This document shows, piece by piece, positions 9,437-18,513 of a stretch of 20,935 nt of DNA; position 1 is the first letter of the stretch, and the number at the start of each line of letters is the position of its first letter. The DNA is from Campylobacterota bacterium (GTDB lineage Bacteria > Campylobacterota > Campylobacteria > Campylobacterales > Sulfurimonadaceae), in contig JAYEKO010000025.1 in the NCBI GenBank assembly GCA_034661055.1, positions 1-20,935 on the forward strand, given 5' to 3'. The position numbers were made by a program, and so were the translations under genes. The notes under the pieces were generated by a model, which saw only the letters and a program-made list of their open reading frames with translations, did not search any database and was not told the origin of the DNA.

Positions 9437-9445
9437 TGCTAGAAT
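9437..9445 (+). promoter_or_regulatory. Extended -10 promoter (TGCTAGAAT) for the RCC1 lipoprotein gene
   Basis: TGnTAnAAT, followed by strong RBS AGGAGG and ATG 9474. Confidence 0.6.
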
Positions 9446-9473
9446 AAGAGTAAGCCTATACAGGAGGTGTGTT

Positions 9474-10655
9474 ATGATTAAGTTATTAGTAGCGATATTC
9501 ACGGGTATGGTTCTTCTTATCTCGGGATGTGGTAGTGGTGGTGGTGAGCCTGGTCCTGTTAGTAATGGTTCTGAAAATGCTGACAGTTCAGTGTTTCCTA
9601 TTAATATACAGAAGAAGAGTTTATCTGCAGGACAGTATCATTCACTTACAATTGATACCAACAGCAATGCCTATAGCTTTGGGTATGGTGACTATGGTGC
9701 ACTCGGACAAACTGCCCATACAGACGAACATACTCCAAAAAAGATTTCAGGTCTGAGCAATATTCACTCTGTCTGCGCAGGGGGAAATCACTCTTTAGTT
9801 CTCACTTCTACAGGTGACGTCTATAGTTTTGGTAGCTCTGATTATGGTCAACTTGGTCACGGGGACTATGAATCTCAGTTCTCTCCTAAAAAAATTGAAG
9901 GACTATCTGATATTGTAGCTATTGCGGTAGGCTCTAGCCACTCTTTAGCACTAGATGAAAATGGTAGTGTCTACAGCTTTGGATATTCAGGCTCTGGAGA
10001 ACTTGGGCATAATGACTATACAGCCAAACTCACTCCTACTAAAATTGCTACACTCTTTAATATTGTAGCTATTGCAGCAGGACGCAATCACTCTATTGCA
10101 TTAGATAGCAGTGGATATGTTTATACTTTTGGAGATTATGCTTACGGCAAACTTGGTACAAGTGACTATAAAGATAGAATAACACCAATGAGAGTAGATA
10201 ACTTAGTCGATGTCGCATCTATCTCTGCTGGAGGAGATCACTCTTTGGCTTTAGATAAACATGGCAATGTCTATGGCTTTGGACTGGGTCAATTTGGTCA
10301 ATTAGGGCACCCTAGCAATGATAACTTATCTACTCCGACAAAAATAGCCTCTCTTTCAAATATTACTGCTATTGCTACGGGTGAGAACTACTCTATTGTT
10401 TTAAATGCAAGTGGTGATGTCTACAGTTTTGGACAAGGTCAATTTGGACAACTAGGACATGGAAACTCTGATGATATCAGTACACCAACTAAAGTGGCAG
10501 CACTTTCAAATATTACTACAATATCAGCAGGATGTAATCACACCCTTGCTATTGATATGAACATGAGTGTATACAGTTTTGGATTTGGAGATTATGGAAA
10601 GTTGGGAACAGGAAATCTTATTATGCAAGATTTCCCTGCGCTCATTACATACTAA
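9474..10655 (+). CDS. RCC1/BLIP-II-repeat beta-propeller lipoprotein
   Basis: Lipobox LLISGC followed by GSGGG. Seven repeats of consensus IxAGxxHSLALxxxGxVYSFGxxxxGQLG. Confidence 0.92.
   Translation: MIKLLVAIFTGMVLLISGCGSGGGEPGPVSNGSENADSSVFPINIQKKSLSAGQYHSLTIDTNSNAYSFGYGDYGALGQTAHTDEHTPKKISGLSNIHSVCAGGNHSLVLTSTGDVYSFGSSDYGQLGHGDYESQFSPKKIEGLSDIVAIAVGSSHSLALDENGSVYSFGYSGSGELGHNDYTAKLTPTKIATLFNIVAIAAGRNHSIALDSSGYVYTFGDYAYGKLGTSDYKDRITPMRVDNLVDVASISAGGDHSLALDKHGNVYGFGLGQFGQLGHPSNDNLSTPTKIASLSNITAIATGENYSIVLNASGDVYSFGQGQFGQLGHGNSDDISTPTKVAALSNITTISAGCNHTLAIDMNMSVYSFGFGDYGKLGTGNLIMQDFPALITY
9621..10652 (+). repeat. Seven tandem intragenic RCC1 repeats, 150-bp (50-aa) period
   Basis: Six 50-aa units plus a final 44-aa unit. 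Identical DNA blocks lie exactly 150 bp apart: TATTGTAGCTATTGC at 9911/10061 and CTTTCAAATATTACT at 10353/10503. Confidence 0.9.
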
Positions 10656-10675
10656 CAGTCAATTGGGTACCAGAG

Positions 10676-11128
10676 TTATTGTGCTTTGGTACCACACAGT
10701 TTTGGTTTAAAGCTCAATATGAGTAACCACACTACAGAGACATCAATCATCACATCAGCAAAATTAAATACTGCAAAATCAAACTTATAGTGCCAGTAGA
10801 CATAGTCAACAACACCCCCATGAATAAAACGGTCATAAACATTAGAGAGTCCTGCACCCACTAAAATACCGACAGGAACACTATAACACGACTGATTAAG
10901 TCGAATCACATAAGCTAGAACTCCAGCAATAATAAGCAGTTGCAACCACTTTAACCACTCATCTAAAAATGAGAGCATCGAGAAAGCCACTCCTTTATTA
11001 TAGACAAGAATTAAATCAATGACTTCACCATAATAGCGATATCCATCAAGAAAAATACTCTTAATATTTTGATCTACAATAAAGACACCAATTAAAGCTA
11101 ACAGCAGTGCTAGAATATTCTTAGCCAT
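10676..11128 (-). CDS. lspA: Lipoprotein signal peptidase II
   Basis: [21 protein letters not shown] and FNFADV motifs. Start MAKNIL at 11128 overlaps the glmM stop. Confidence 0.96.
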   Translation of the reverse strand: MAKNILALLLALIGVFIVDQNIKSIFLDGYRYYGEVIDLILVYNKGVAFSMLSFLDEWLKWLQLLIIAGVLAYVIRLNQSCYSVPVGILVGAGLSNVYDRFIHGGVVDYVYWHYKFDFAVFNFADVMIDVSVVWLLILSFKPKLCGTKAQ

Positions 11129-12464
11129 TGAGTGCTTTCTTAAGTAAACTAGAAAGTTCACTCATCTGTGCATTCACTATTTTATTATCTCTACCTTCTA
11201 ATAAAATTCGTAGTAAGTTTTCTGTACCAGAATAGCGAATAAGATGTCGAATATGTAGTGCCTCAATTTCTAATAGTTTATCTGACAGGCCTTCTATCGT
11301 AGTAAGGTCTCTCTTCTCATCCACTCTTAAATTAACAAGCTTTTGAGGGTACAGTTCAAATGGACGTAGTACTTCACTAGCCTTTTTACCGCTGTAAATG
11401 ACAAGGGCCAATACTTGAAGTGCACTCAATAAACCATCCCCTGTTTTAGCAAAGTTATGTACTATGACATGTCCACTCTGCTCACCACCAAAATTAATAC
11501 ACTCTTTTTTCATCACCTCTAAAACATTTTTATCTCCAACATGAGAACGGTACAGTTTTAGATCTTGTTCTTCTAAATAGTCTTCTAATGCTTGATTGCT
11601 CATTACTGTTGCAACCACACCATTACCCTTGAGCATATGATTTACATGTAAATAGTTTCCTAAGGCTCCAATGAGCTGATCACCATCTACGATATCACCT
11701 TTTTCATCAATAACCACAAGCCGATCAGCATCACCATCAAGAGCGATTCCTAAATCAGCACGATATTTTTTAACAGCGTCGCTAACATCTTTTGTATGTA
11801 GTGCACCACACCCTTCATTAATATTGTGTCCATTAGGTCTATTATGAAGTACAATCACTTCAGCACCCAACTCTTCAAGTACTGTTGGTCCTACCTTATA
11901 TCCAGCACCATTGGCAGTATCAAGCACTATACGAAGACCTTGCAGACTAATGTCTTGGGGAAAAGAGTTCTTTAGTTGAACAATGTAACGACCAATAACA
12001 TCGTCAATACGTTTAGCTGAACCAATCTCTCTACCGATAGCGTGTGAGTCCTTGATTAATCCGTCTCTATTGTTGAAGATTGCTTCTATCTCAGCTTCAA
12101 CATCTTCAGAAAACTTATTGCCATGTGCATCAAAAAATTTAATTCCATTATCTTCAAACGAGTTGTGTGATGCACTAATCATTATACCAGCATCACAGCG
12201 CATATTCTCAGTTAAAAAAGCGATGGCAGGAGTAGGCATAGGACCTATCTGGATAACATCATACCCTACAGCAGTTAGACCACTTACAATAGCAGTTTCA
12301 ATCATATAGCCGCTACGTCGCGTATCTTTACCAACTAATATTTTTTTAGTGACAGCATATTTTTTAAAATAGATGCCAGCAGCCATAGCTACACGCATTG
12401 CAACTTCTGCATGTAGGAATGTTCCAGCTTCACCACGGACACCATCTGTTCCAAATAATTTCAT
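11121..12464 (-). CDS. glmM: Phosphoglucosamine mutase
   Basis: [15 protein letters not shown] (catalytic Ser), DGDADR, GGEQSGH, RYSGTE. Confidence 0.97.
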   Translation of the reverse strand: MKLFGTDGVRGEAGTFLHAEVAMRVAMAAGIYFKKYAVTKKILVGKDTRRSGYMIETAIVSGLTAVGYDVIQIGPMPTPAIAFLTENMRCDAGIMISASHNSFEDNGIKFFDAHGNKFSEDVEAEIEAIFNNRDGLIKDSHAIGREIGSAKRIDDVIGRYIVQLKNSFPQDISLQGLRIVLDTANGAGYKVGPTVLEELGAEVIVLHNRPNGHNINEGCGALHTKDVSDAVKKYRADLGIALDGDADRLVVIDEKGDIVDGDQLIGALGNYLHVNHMLKGNGVVATVMSNQALEDYLEEQDLKLYRSHVGDKNVLEVMKKECINFGGEQSGHVIVHNFAKTGDGLLSALQVLALVIYSGKKASEVLRPFELYPQKLVNLRVDEKRDLTTIEGLSDKLLEIEALHIRHLIRYSGTENLLRILLEGRDNKIVNAQMSELSSLLKKALNG

Positions 12465-12574
12465 TTATACTCCCATAAACTTCTTTTTAGGCACAATCGT
12501 TTAAATATAACTTAAATTTAAGATTGTTTAAGGTAGTATTCTACCCTAAAAAAAATTTGATAAGGATAAATGCA

Positions 12575-12835
12575 ATGGCAAACCATAAGTCAGCATTAAA
12601 ACGTATCCGCCAGACTGAAAAACGTACTGAGCGTAACCGATATTATCGTACTCGTTTAAAAAACATCGTTAAGGCTGTTCGCAGTGCAATCGATGACGGA
12701 AATAAAGAAGAAGCTACTGCAGCATTTAAAGTTGCTAACCAACAAATTCATAAATTTGTAAGCAAAGGTATTCTCAAAAAAGAGACTGCTTCACGCAAGA
12801 TTAGCCGTTTACACCAAGCTGTCAACGCTATATAA
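12575..12835 (+). CDS. rpsT: 30S ribosomal protein S20
   Basis: [13 protein letters not shown]...ASRKISRL. True start is ATG 12575 after AAGGA. Confidence 0.97.
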   Translation: MANHKSALKRIRQTEKRTERNRYYRTRLKNIVKAVRSAIDDGNKEEATAAFKVANQQIHKFVSKGILKKETASRKISRLHQAVNAI

Positions 12836-12852
12836 TCGGTTTTTAAGCTCAC

Positions 12853-13920
12853 ATGCTAGCTGAAAAACTAACTCCTTTTATAACTCGTTATAATGAACTA
12901 AGCAACCTGCTTAGTTCACCGGACATTATTTCTGATATTAAAAAAATGACAGAACTTTCAAAAGAACAATCTTCACTTCAAAACATTGTTGATAAAGCGC
13001 AAGCCTATAAACAAGTTATTGTAGATATTGCAGATAATAAAGAGATGCTTGGTGATCCTGAACTTGGAGAACTGGCCAAAGAGGAGCTAAAAGAGCTTGA
13101 ACCTCAAATTCCTCTACTTGAAGAAGAGATTAAAATCTTACTAATGCCTCGTGACCCTAATGATGATCGCAATACCATTATTGAACTACGCGCTGGTGCT
13201 GGTGGTGATGAGGCAGCAATCTTTGTTGGTGACCTTTTCAATGCCTACATTCGCTATGCCGATGTTAAAGGATGGAATGTAGAGCTTATTAGTTCAAGCC
13301 CATCAGACTCTGGTGGATTCAAAGAGGTTATTGCCCTAATTAAAGGTGAAAATGTCTATAGTCGTATGAAATACGAAGGTGGCACACACCGTGTTCAGCG
13401 TGTTCCTGCAACTGAGTCTCAAGGACGTGTTCACACCTCAGCAATTACAGTAGCTATTATGGCTGAAGTTGATGATGTTGAAGTAGAGATTAACGATAAT
13501 GATCTAAAAATTGATGTCATGCGTTCGAGTGGTTGTGGTGGACAATCTGTTAACACTACCGACTCTGCCGTAAGAATCACGCACCTGCCTACAGGTATTG
13601 TCGTGACCAATCAAGACCAGAAGTCTCAACATAAAAATCGTGAAAAGGCGATGAAGGTTCTTAAAGCACGTCTTTATGACCTAGAGATGCAAGAGGCGAT
13701 GGACAAAGAGGGTGCGGCACGTAAAGATCAAGTCGGGACTGGAGATAGAAGTGGTCGTATTCGTACCTATAACTATCCTCAAAATCGCATCTCTGATCAC
13801 CGTATTACACTAACACTTTACCGTCTTAATGAAATTATGACGGGTGGGCTTTTAGATGAGATTATAGATCCGCTTATTGCTGATACCCAAGCAAAAAATA
13901 TTGAGGCTGCTGGACTCTAA
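12853..13920 (+). CDS. prfA: Peptide chain release factor 1
   Basis: [12 protein letters not shown] (PxT motif of RF1), [14 protein letters not shown]. Confidence 0.98.
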   Translation: MLAEKLTPFITRYNELSNLLSSPDIISDIKKMTELSKEQSSLQNIVDKAQAYKQVIVDIADNKEMLGDPELGELAKEELKELEPQIPLLEEEIKILLMPRDPNDDRNTIIELRAGAGGDEAAIFVGDLFNAYIRYADVKGWNVELISSSPSDSGGFKEVIALIKGENVYSRMKYEGGTHRVQRVPATESQGRVHTSAITVAIMAEVDDVEVEINDNDLKIDVMRSSGCGGQSVNTTDSAVRITHLPTGIVVTNQDQKSQHKNREKAMKVLKARLYDLEMQEAMDKEGAARKDQVGTGDRSGRIRTYNYPQNRISDHRITLTLYRLNEIMTGGLLDEIIDPLIADTQAKNIEAAGL

Positions 13921-13921
13921 A

Positions 13922-14662
13922 CTACAGCGCTTTTTGGGCAGTATGGTTATCAAACTGCCCAAAATTGTTTTTTCTAATCATCTTTTTTAAAATCTCATTA
14001 TACTCTTTACCAATGCCGGAATATTTCTCCATGGTATCTGACGCTTGAAGTCCAGTAAAAACCTGTTGCTTTCTTGTCTTTTTTTCTCTCTTATCTCTAA
14101 ACTCTTGATACGCTTTATTTCGATTTAAATTTAGCATATATGCTTCAATAGATTCATTAATACTGTTAAACAACTTAATTTTATGGGTCTTCCCACTGGC
14201 TCTGTTCTTAGGGATAATACCCTTACCTTTGTAGGTCCACTGCCCAAAAATATTATTGGCAACTTTAGTAAAACGACTTTGCCCCCAAGCAGACTCCAGT
14301 GCTCCTTGAGCCAATACTAAAGAGACGGGGATCAAATTAATTCGTTTTAAATAAGTTTTTTCATCATATACATTTTTAATTCTATATTTTTTAGCTAAGT
14401 AATTAAGTCTTTTAACATCTTTTCGAGAGCGGGAGCTATTTAAAAAAACTTTTTTATTAAAAAATTTTTGAATAAAGTGACGATCTTGTGCAATTTTATA
14501 GTTAGCATGTTGGATTTTAGGAAGCATAACACCGACAAAGGTAGCTTTTTTTTGCTTAGTATCGGTGATTTTTTGATACTGGTCGTCAAAACCAACCCCG
14601 TGCAACAAAGAGAAAAGTAGCACTAATAGTACTACCGGTTTTAATCTACTAAGCTGTCTCAT
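13922..14662 (-). CDS. Bax-like glucosaminidase-domain (GH73) exported protein
   Basis: LAQGALESAWGQSRF, NNIFG, YMLNLN and YS motifs, plus an N-terminal hydrophobic segment. ATG 14662 overlaps the dapF end; start uncertain. Confidence 0.8.
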   Translation of the reverse strand: MRQLSRLKPVVLLVLLFSLLHGVGFDDQYQKITDTKQKKATFVGVMLPKIQHANYKIAQDRHFIQKFFNKKVFLNSSRSRKDVKRLNYLAKKYRIKNVYDEKTYLKRINLIPVSLVLAQGALESAWGQSRFTKVANNIFGQWTYKGKGIIPKNRASGKTHKIKLFNSINESIEAYMLNLNRNKAYQEFRDKREKKTRKQQVFTGLQASDTMEKYSGIGKEYNEILKKMIRKNNFGQFDNHTAQKAL

Positions 14663-15401
14663 TCCAAGCTGCTTCAAACACATCTTTTACAGCGCCTCTA
14701 AATGTAATAGTCTTATCATTGAAACCTAAATAAAGTGTCTCTCCGCTTCTAGGAAATACTTTAACCCTTCCTGTAGTTAACCCATCTTTAATAGCACGGT
14801 AATATGCCGCTGCCATTCCGGTACCGCAAGCTAGTGTCTCATCTTCTACACCGCGTTCATACGTTCGCACTCGCAGTGACCCATCATCAAGAACCGCTGC
14901 GATATTGACATTTGCATTGTGTGTCTCTCTTAGGCTTCTAGCTTCTTGCAAGTCAAACTCATCTATATTGGCGTCAAAAGTAATTAAATGGGGAACACCG
15001 GTATTAACCAACCACCATCTTTTAGAATTTACATGTATATCTGTGTTTTCAATAATAGGAGGTGTTAAGTCACTTTGCACCATGTCGCCTTCAACTTCTG
15101 CTTTAATAACACCTGCTAAAGTTACAAATGACATCTTAGCAGAGGCTAAACCATATTTGTAAGCGTAGTGTGCCGCCGCACGTGAACCATTACCACACAT
15201 CTCAGCACTTGAGCCGTCACTATTATAAAACTCCCACTCAAAATCTTCATCTTTATTAGGAACGAGCACAATTAGACCATCAGCACCAATTCCATCTTGA
15301 CGATCACAAAGCTGTTGTGCTAGTTTACAACGGTTCTTTTTGACGAAACTATGAAAGATTACAAAATCATTTCCACTAGCGCTATATTTTGCTAATAACA
15401 T
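14649..15401 (-). CDS. dapF: Diaminopimelate epimerase
   Basis: GNDF, GIGADG, EMCGNG, GVPH, ERGVEDETLACGTG. Confidence 0.97.
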   Translation of the reverse strand: MLLAKYSASGNDFVIFHSFVKKNRCKLAQQLCDRQDGIGADGLIVLVPNKDEDFEWEFYNSDGSSAEMCGNGSRAAAHYAYKYGLASAKMSFVTLAGVIKAEVEGDMVQSDLTPPIIENTDIHVNSKRWWLVNTGVPHLITFDANIDEFDLQEARSLRETHNANVNIAAVLDDGSLRVRTYERGVEDETLACGTGMAAAYYRAIKDGLTTGRVKVFPRSGETLYLGFNDKTITFRGAVKDVFEAAWNETA

Positions 15402-16006
15402 TACTCACTCTCACTACTATATTTCTTTTTGATAATCTCAACAAAATTTTCACACTCTTGCTGCAGATGCTTTAGATCTTTACTATTGTCAATCACATAC
15501 GTCGCTAGTGACTTTTTCTTCTCAATGTCAAGCTGGGAAGAAATTCTCTTTAGAGAATCCTCTTTTGAAAAGCCATTTCTCTTCATAAACCGATCCAATT
15601 GAATCTCTTTGGGTGTGTAGACAACTACTGATTCTTTAATATCATACCCTTTTTTTTCAAAAAAGAGTGGAATATCAATTAAATAAGGGAATTTAAACTG
15701 ATCTTGCTTCTCACTCTGAACTTCAATCTCTTTACGAATCTTGGGGTGTAAAAAGGACTCCAGAAGCTCTTTTTTAGAAAAATCAGAGAAGACAATATCT
15801 CCAAGTTTACTGCGTAAGACCTTGCCACGCTGTACATACTCTTCACCAAAATTATCTTCAATCCAGTGGCTATTTTCATCTAAAAGTTTATGTGCAATAG
15901 TATCAGCATCAATAATTCTGACACCATTTAGCATCATAAGTGAAGCGACAGTACTTTTTCCCGTCGCTATTCCACCTGTTAATGCAATAGCGTACTTAAA
16001 AGCCAT
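15401..16006 (-). CDS. coaE: Dephospho-CoA kinase
   Basis: ALTGGIATGKST P-loop, IIDAD, LHP, DIPLFFE. Confidence 0.97.
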   Translation of the reverse strand: MAFKYAIALTGGIATGKSTVASLMMLNGVRIIDADTIAHKLLDENSHWIEDNFGEEYVQRGKVLRSKLGDIVFSDFSKKELLESFLHPKIRKEIEVQSEKQDQFKFPYLIDIPLFFEKKGYDIKESVVVYTPKEIQLDRFMKRNGFSKEDSLKRISSQLDIEKKKSLATYVIDNSKDLKHLQQECENFVEIIKKKYSSESE

Positions 16007-16554
16007 TAGTTTCTAATAACTCCAAGGTAGTTTTTGCGTATATTGTTTGGCATTGCAAACGCAGCAATATGCATATCACAGTTATAATATTTATGTCCTT
16101 CAAGTAAATCACTTCGCTGAAGAATAATATCTGCGGTAGGATGATACTCTTTGGATGCTAACAGTACCGTACCTTGTGCGGCATTATATGGCATAATAAT
16201 TTTAAAGTAATTTCCTAAAACCTGCATAACGCTTTTGTTTGCCTCAACATCATCCAAGTCTGGATGACAGAGTGCAACAAGACCGTCTTCTTTTAATACT
16301 CGACTAATATGAGCAAGTATTGCTGCATCTGTATTTTCTTCGAAAATTACAATATCATAAGCTGCTTCTGCTTCATTTCGTAGTACTTCAAGTGCTTCTG
16401 ATGTATTCACAGCTTTAACATCAACACCTTTGTAACGTACTAGTTCTGTTTGTAAGTTTTCTAAATTGTCACTAATGACTAAAATATTTTCTGGTTTCTT
16501 ATGTGTACACATTGGTACATGTATCATCATCTCATCATGACTAAAGTTGCTCAT
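16006..16554 (-). CDS. Short spermidine-synthase-like (SpeE-like) protein
   Basis: HDEMMIHVPMCTHKKPENILV and YYNCDMHIAAFAMP match SpeE. The N-terminal beta domain and the GGGDG loop are absent. Confidence 0.75.
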   Translation of the reverse strand: MSNFSHDEMMIHVPMCTHKKPENILVISDNLENLQTELVRYKGVDVKAVNTSEALEVLRNEAEAAYDIVIFEENTDAAILAHISRVLKEDGLVALCHPDLDDVEANKSVMQVLGNYFKIIMPYNAAQGTVLLASKEYHPTADIILQRSDLLEGHKYYNCDMHIAAFAMPNNIRKNYLGVIRN

Positions 16555-16584
16555 TTTATAGTGCCTTGTTTTATATTTGAAGCG

Positions 16585-16593
16585 ATTTTAGCA
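16585..16593 (-). promoter_or_regulatory. Extended -10 promoter (TGCTAAAAT) of the speE-like/coaE/dapF/bax operon
   Basis: Minus-strand TGCTAAAAT 30 nt upstream of ATG 16554. Downstream genes are joined by TAATG overlaps. Confidence 0.65.
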
Positions 16594-16682
16594 CATTTGC
16601 ATTAAAAAGCATTGAAACACATTAAACTAACATAAACTTAAGCCGTAGTTGAGAATTATACAGACCTATATTTGCCATAATC

Positions 16683-16691
16683 TGCTAAAAT
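16683..16691 (+). promoter_or_regulatory. Extended -10 promoter (TGCTAAAAT) for the DUF2892 gene
   Basis: TGnTAAAAT, then AAAGGA RBS and ATG 16724. Confidence 0.6.
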
Positions 16692-16723
16692 CCCATTATT
16701 AAATTACATGTAAAAGGAAATCT

Positions 16724-16936
16724 ATGGATTATAATAAAGTTCGTTCATTTTGTAGAGTTTTTCGTATTTTCATTGGTCTTGCTCTAATCGCTTATGGTGT
16801 TTACTCTGGTAACGCTTGGTTTTATTTAGGTGTTATACCACTCATTGCCGGTATATCAAATTTTTGCCCACTATGTATCATTAGTAAAAAATGTGATCTT
16901 CCTGAAAGTCCTACACAAGAAGAAGACAAAGCTTAA
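16724..16936 (+). CDS. DUF2892 / YgaP-like small membrane protein
   Basis: RxFRIFIG, two hydrophobic helices, GISNFCPL motif. Confidence 0.85.
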   Translation: MDYNKVRSFCRVFRIFIGLALIAYGVYSGNAWFYLGVIPLIAGISNFCPLCIISKKCDLPESPTQEEDKA

Positions 16937-16956
16937 CACTTACCTCAACTCGACTC

Positions 16957-16965
16957 TGCTATAAT
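16957..16965 (+). promoter_or_regulatory. Extended -10 promoter (TGCTATAAT) for purM
   Basis: Perfect TGnTATAAT, then GGAG RBS and ATG 16993. Confidence 0.75.
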
Positions 16966-16992
16966 TCCAATAATTATATATATGGAGATAGC

Positions 16993-17988
16993 ATGAGTCA
17001 GATCAGCTACAAAGATGCCGGTGTCGATATTGATGCAGGTAACAGTTTCGTAGAGAACATCAAACCTTTAGTTAAATCAACAAAAATCCCTGGAGTACTT
17101 GGTGGAATTGGCTCATTTGCAGGTGCATTTGAACTTCCAACTGGCTACAAAGAGCCTGTTATGCTAGCTGCAACCGACGGCGTGGGAACTAAGCTTAAAT
17201 TGGCAATTGATTCTGGCATTCACGACACAGTAGGTATCGACTTGGTTGCAATGTGTGTCAATGACCTCATCTGTAACTTTGGAACGCCTTCATTTTTTTT
17301 AGACTATTATGCAACAGGTAAACTTGAAGTAAATGTTGCTACTGCTGTTGTTAGTGGAATTGCTGAGGGGTGTCGTCAGAGTGAATGTGCTCTCATTGGT
17401 GGTGAAACTGCAGAGATGCCGGGTATGTATTCTGAAGATGATTATGACTTGGCAGGCTTTGCTGTTGGAGTTGCAGAGAAATCTGAACTTGACAGAACTT
17501 CACAGGTAAGTGCTGGCGATGTACTTATTGCCCTTCCAAGCTCAGGCATCCATTCAAATGGTTTCTCTTTAGCTCGTAAAGTTCTTTTTGATAAAATGAA
17601 AATGGACTTTAATGATGACTTTAACGGCAAGCCTCTTATACAAACGCTATTAACTCCTACACAAATCTATGTTAAGACCTTTAAGGCGCTAAAAAATAAA
17701 GTTCAAGCTTTAGCACACATCACAGGTGGCGGCATTGTTGAGAATCTTCCACGTGTTCTTCCTGAAAATATGCGTGCCGTTATTAAAGAAGAGAATATCC
17801 GTGTTTTACCAATTTTTGAACTCATTGGCGAGCATGTTGAACGCGCTGAGATGTTTAGAGCCTTTAATATGGGCGTAGGAATGGTTTTAGTTGTTAAGCC
17901 TGAAAATACTGATGAAGTCTTAGCTGGTAGCGATGGCTATGTTATTGGTCATATTGAAGAGGGGAAAAAAGAAGCCGTAATGGTGTAG
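16993..17988 (+). CDS. purM: Phosphoribosylformylglycinamidine cyclo-ligase (AIR synthetase)
   Basis: YKDAGVDI, TDGVGTK, GGETAEMPG, SSGIHSNGFS, AHITGGG, FNMGVG. Confidence 0.98.
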   Translation: MSQISYKDAGVDIDAGNSFVENIKPLVKSTKIPGVLGGIGSFAGAFELPTGYKEPVMLAATDGVGTKLKLAIDSGIHDTVGIDLVAMCVNDLICNFGTPSFFLDYYATGKLEVNVATAVVSGIAEGCRQSECALIGGETAEMPGMYSEDDYDLAGFAVGVAEKSELDRTSQVSAGDVLIALPSSGIHSNGFSLARKVLFDKMKMDFNDDFNGKPLIQTLLTPTQIYVKTFKALKNKVQALAHITGGGIVENLPRVLPENMRAVIKEENIRVLPIFELIGEHVERAEMFRAFNMGVGMVLVVKPENTDEVLAGSDGYVIGHIEEGKKEAVMV

Positions 17989-18052
17989 TCACTAACTTCC
18001 AATCTTCTATCTCTCCCAATATCATCACTGGGAATTTGGATAAAGGTAATCA

Positions 18053-18392
18053 ATGTTTGAAGAACATGGCTGTAATATGAATTCCATAGATTCAGTGCTA
18101 AGAATAATAATTGCTACATTCATAATCATATATGCACTATACTCATCATATCTGATATCCAAATGCTAAGACTGGTGAGGATATTCATATATATGGCCGT
18201 ATCACAGCAGTAGCAGATGTATTTGACGCACTTGGAAGTGCAAGAGTTTATAAAAAAGCATGGGAATTAGATAAAATACTCGAGCTTTTCAAAGAAGAGA
18301 GAGCAAAGCATTTTGATCCAAAGTTGATTGATTTATTTTTAGATAATCTTGATGATTTTTTACTTATCCGAGATAAGTTTAAAGATATATAA
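18053..18392 (+). pseudogene. Gene relic: DUF2892-like N-terminus (18053-18169) joined out of frame to an HD-GYP phosphodiesterase C-terminus (18156-18392)
   Basis: Not in ORF track. AAAGG RBS then MFEEHGCNMNSIDSVLRIIIATFIIIYALYSSYLISKC*. In another frame: *YPNAKTGEDIHIYGRITAVADVFDALGSARVYKKAW...KHFDPKLIDLF...KFKDI*, a classic HD-GYP tail with no HD motif upstream. Confidence 0.85.
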
Positions 18393-18465
18393 TCTACTAT
18401 TTGTTAGGCGATTTGAACTTATTATAACGGTTTATTCTTCTTAAAATTATACATGTAAATGCTGT

Positions 18466-18494
18466 GTGCTCCCAAGCTTCAAGCTTGGGAGCAC
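18466..18494. repeat. Perfect 14-bp inverted repeat, REP-like palindrome
   Basis: GTGCTCCCAAGCTT-C-AAGCTTGGGAGCAC, 19 nt beyond the ccoG stop. The palindrome is certain; the REP identity is inferred. Confidence 0.7.
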
Positions 18495-18513
18495 TAAAAA
18501 AGAAGAGAAGTGT

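Noticed and set aside
9621..10652. 150-bp periodic repeats as a CRISPR array or DGR template/variable repeats
   Set aside because: The repeats are degenerate, in-frame protein repeats with no spacers, and there is no cas or reverse transcriptase gene in the window.
10676..11128. lspA as a dedicated peptidase for the two nearby lipoproteins
   Set aside because: It overlaps glmM in a housekeeping arrangement; proximity to the lipoproteins is probably coincidental.
993..17630. Short ORF-track ORFs antisense to or nested in real genes (e.g. 993-1235, 2560-2754, 3043-3396, 4843-5391, 5782-6075, 7894-8481, 9529-9756, 12052-12309, 14905-15162, 15679-16016, 17442-17630)
   Set aside because: They lie within or almost entirely within well-supported genes, show no recognisable motifs, and have shadow-frame composition.
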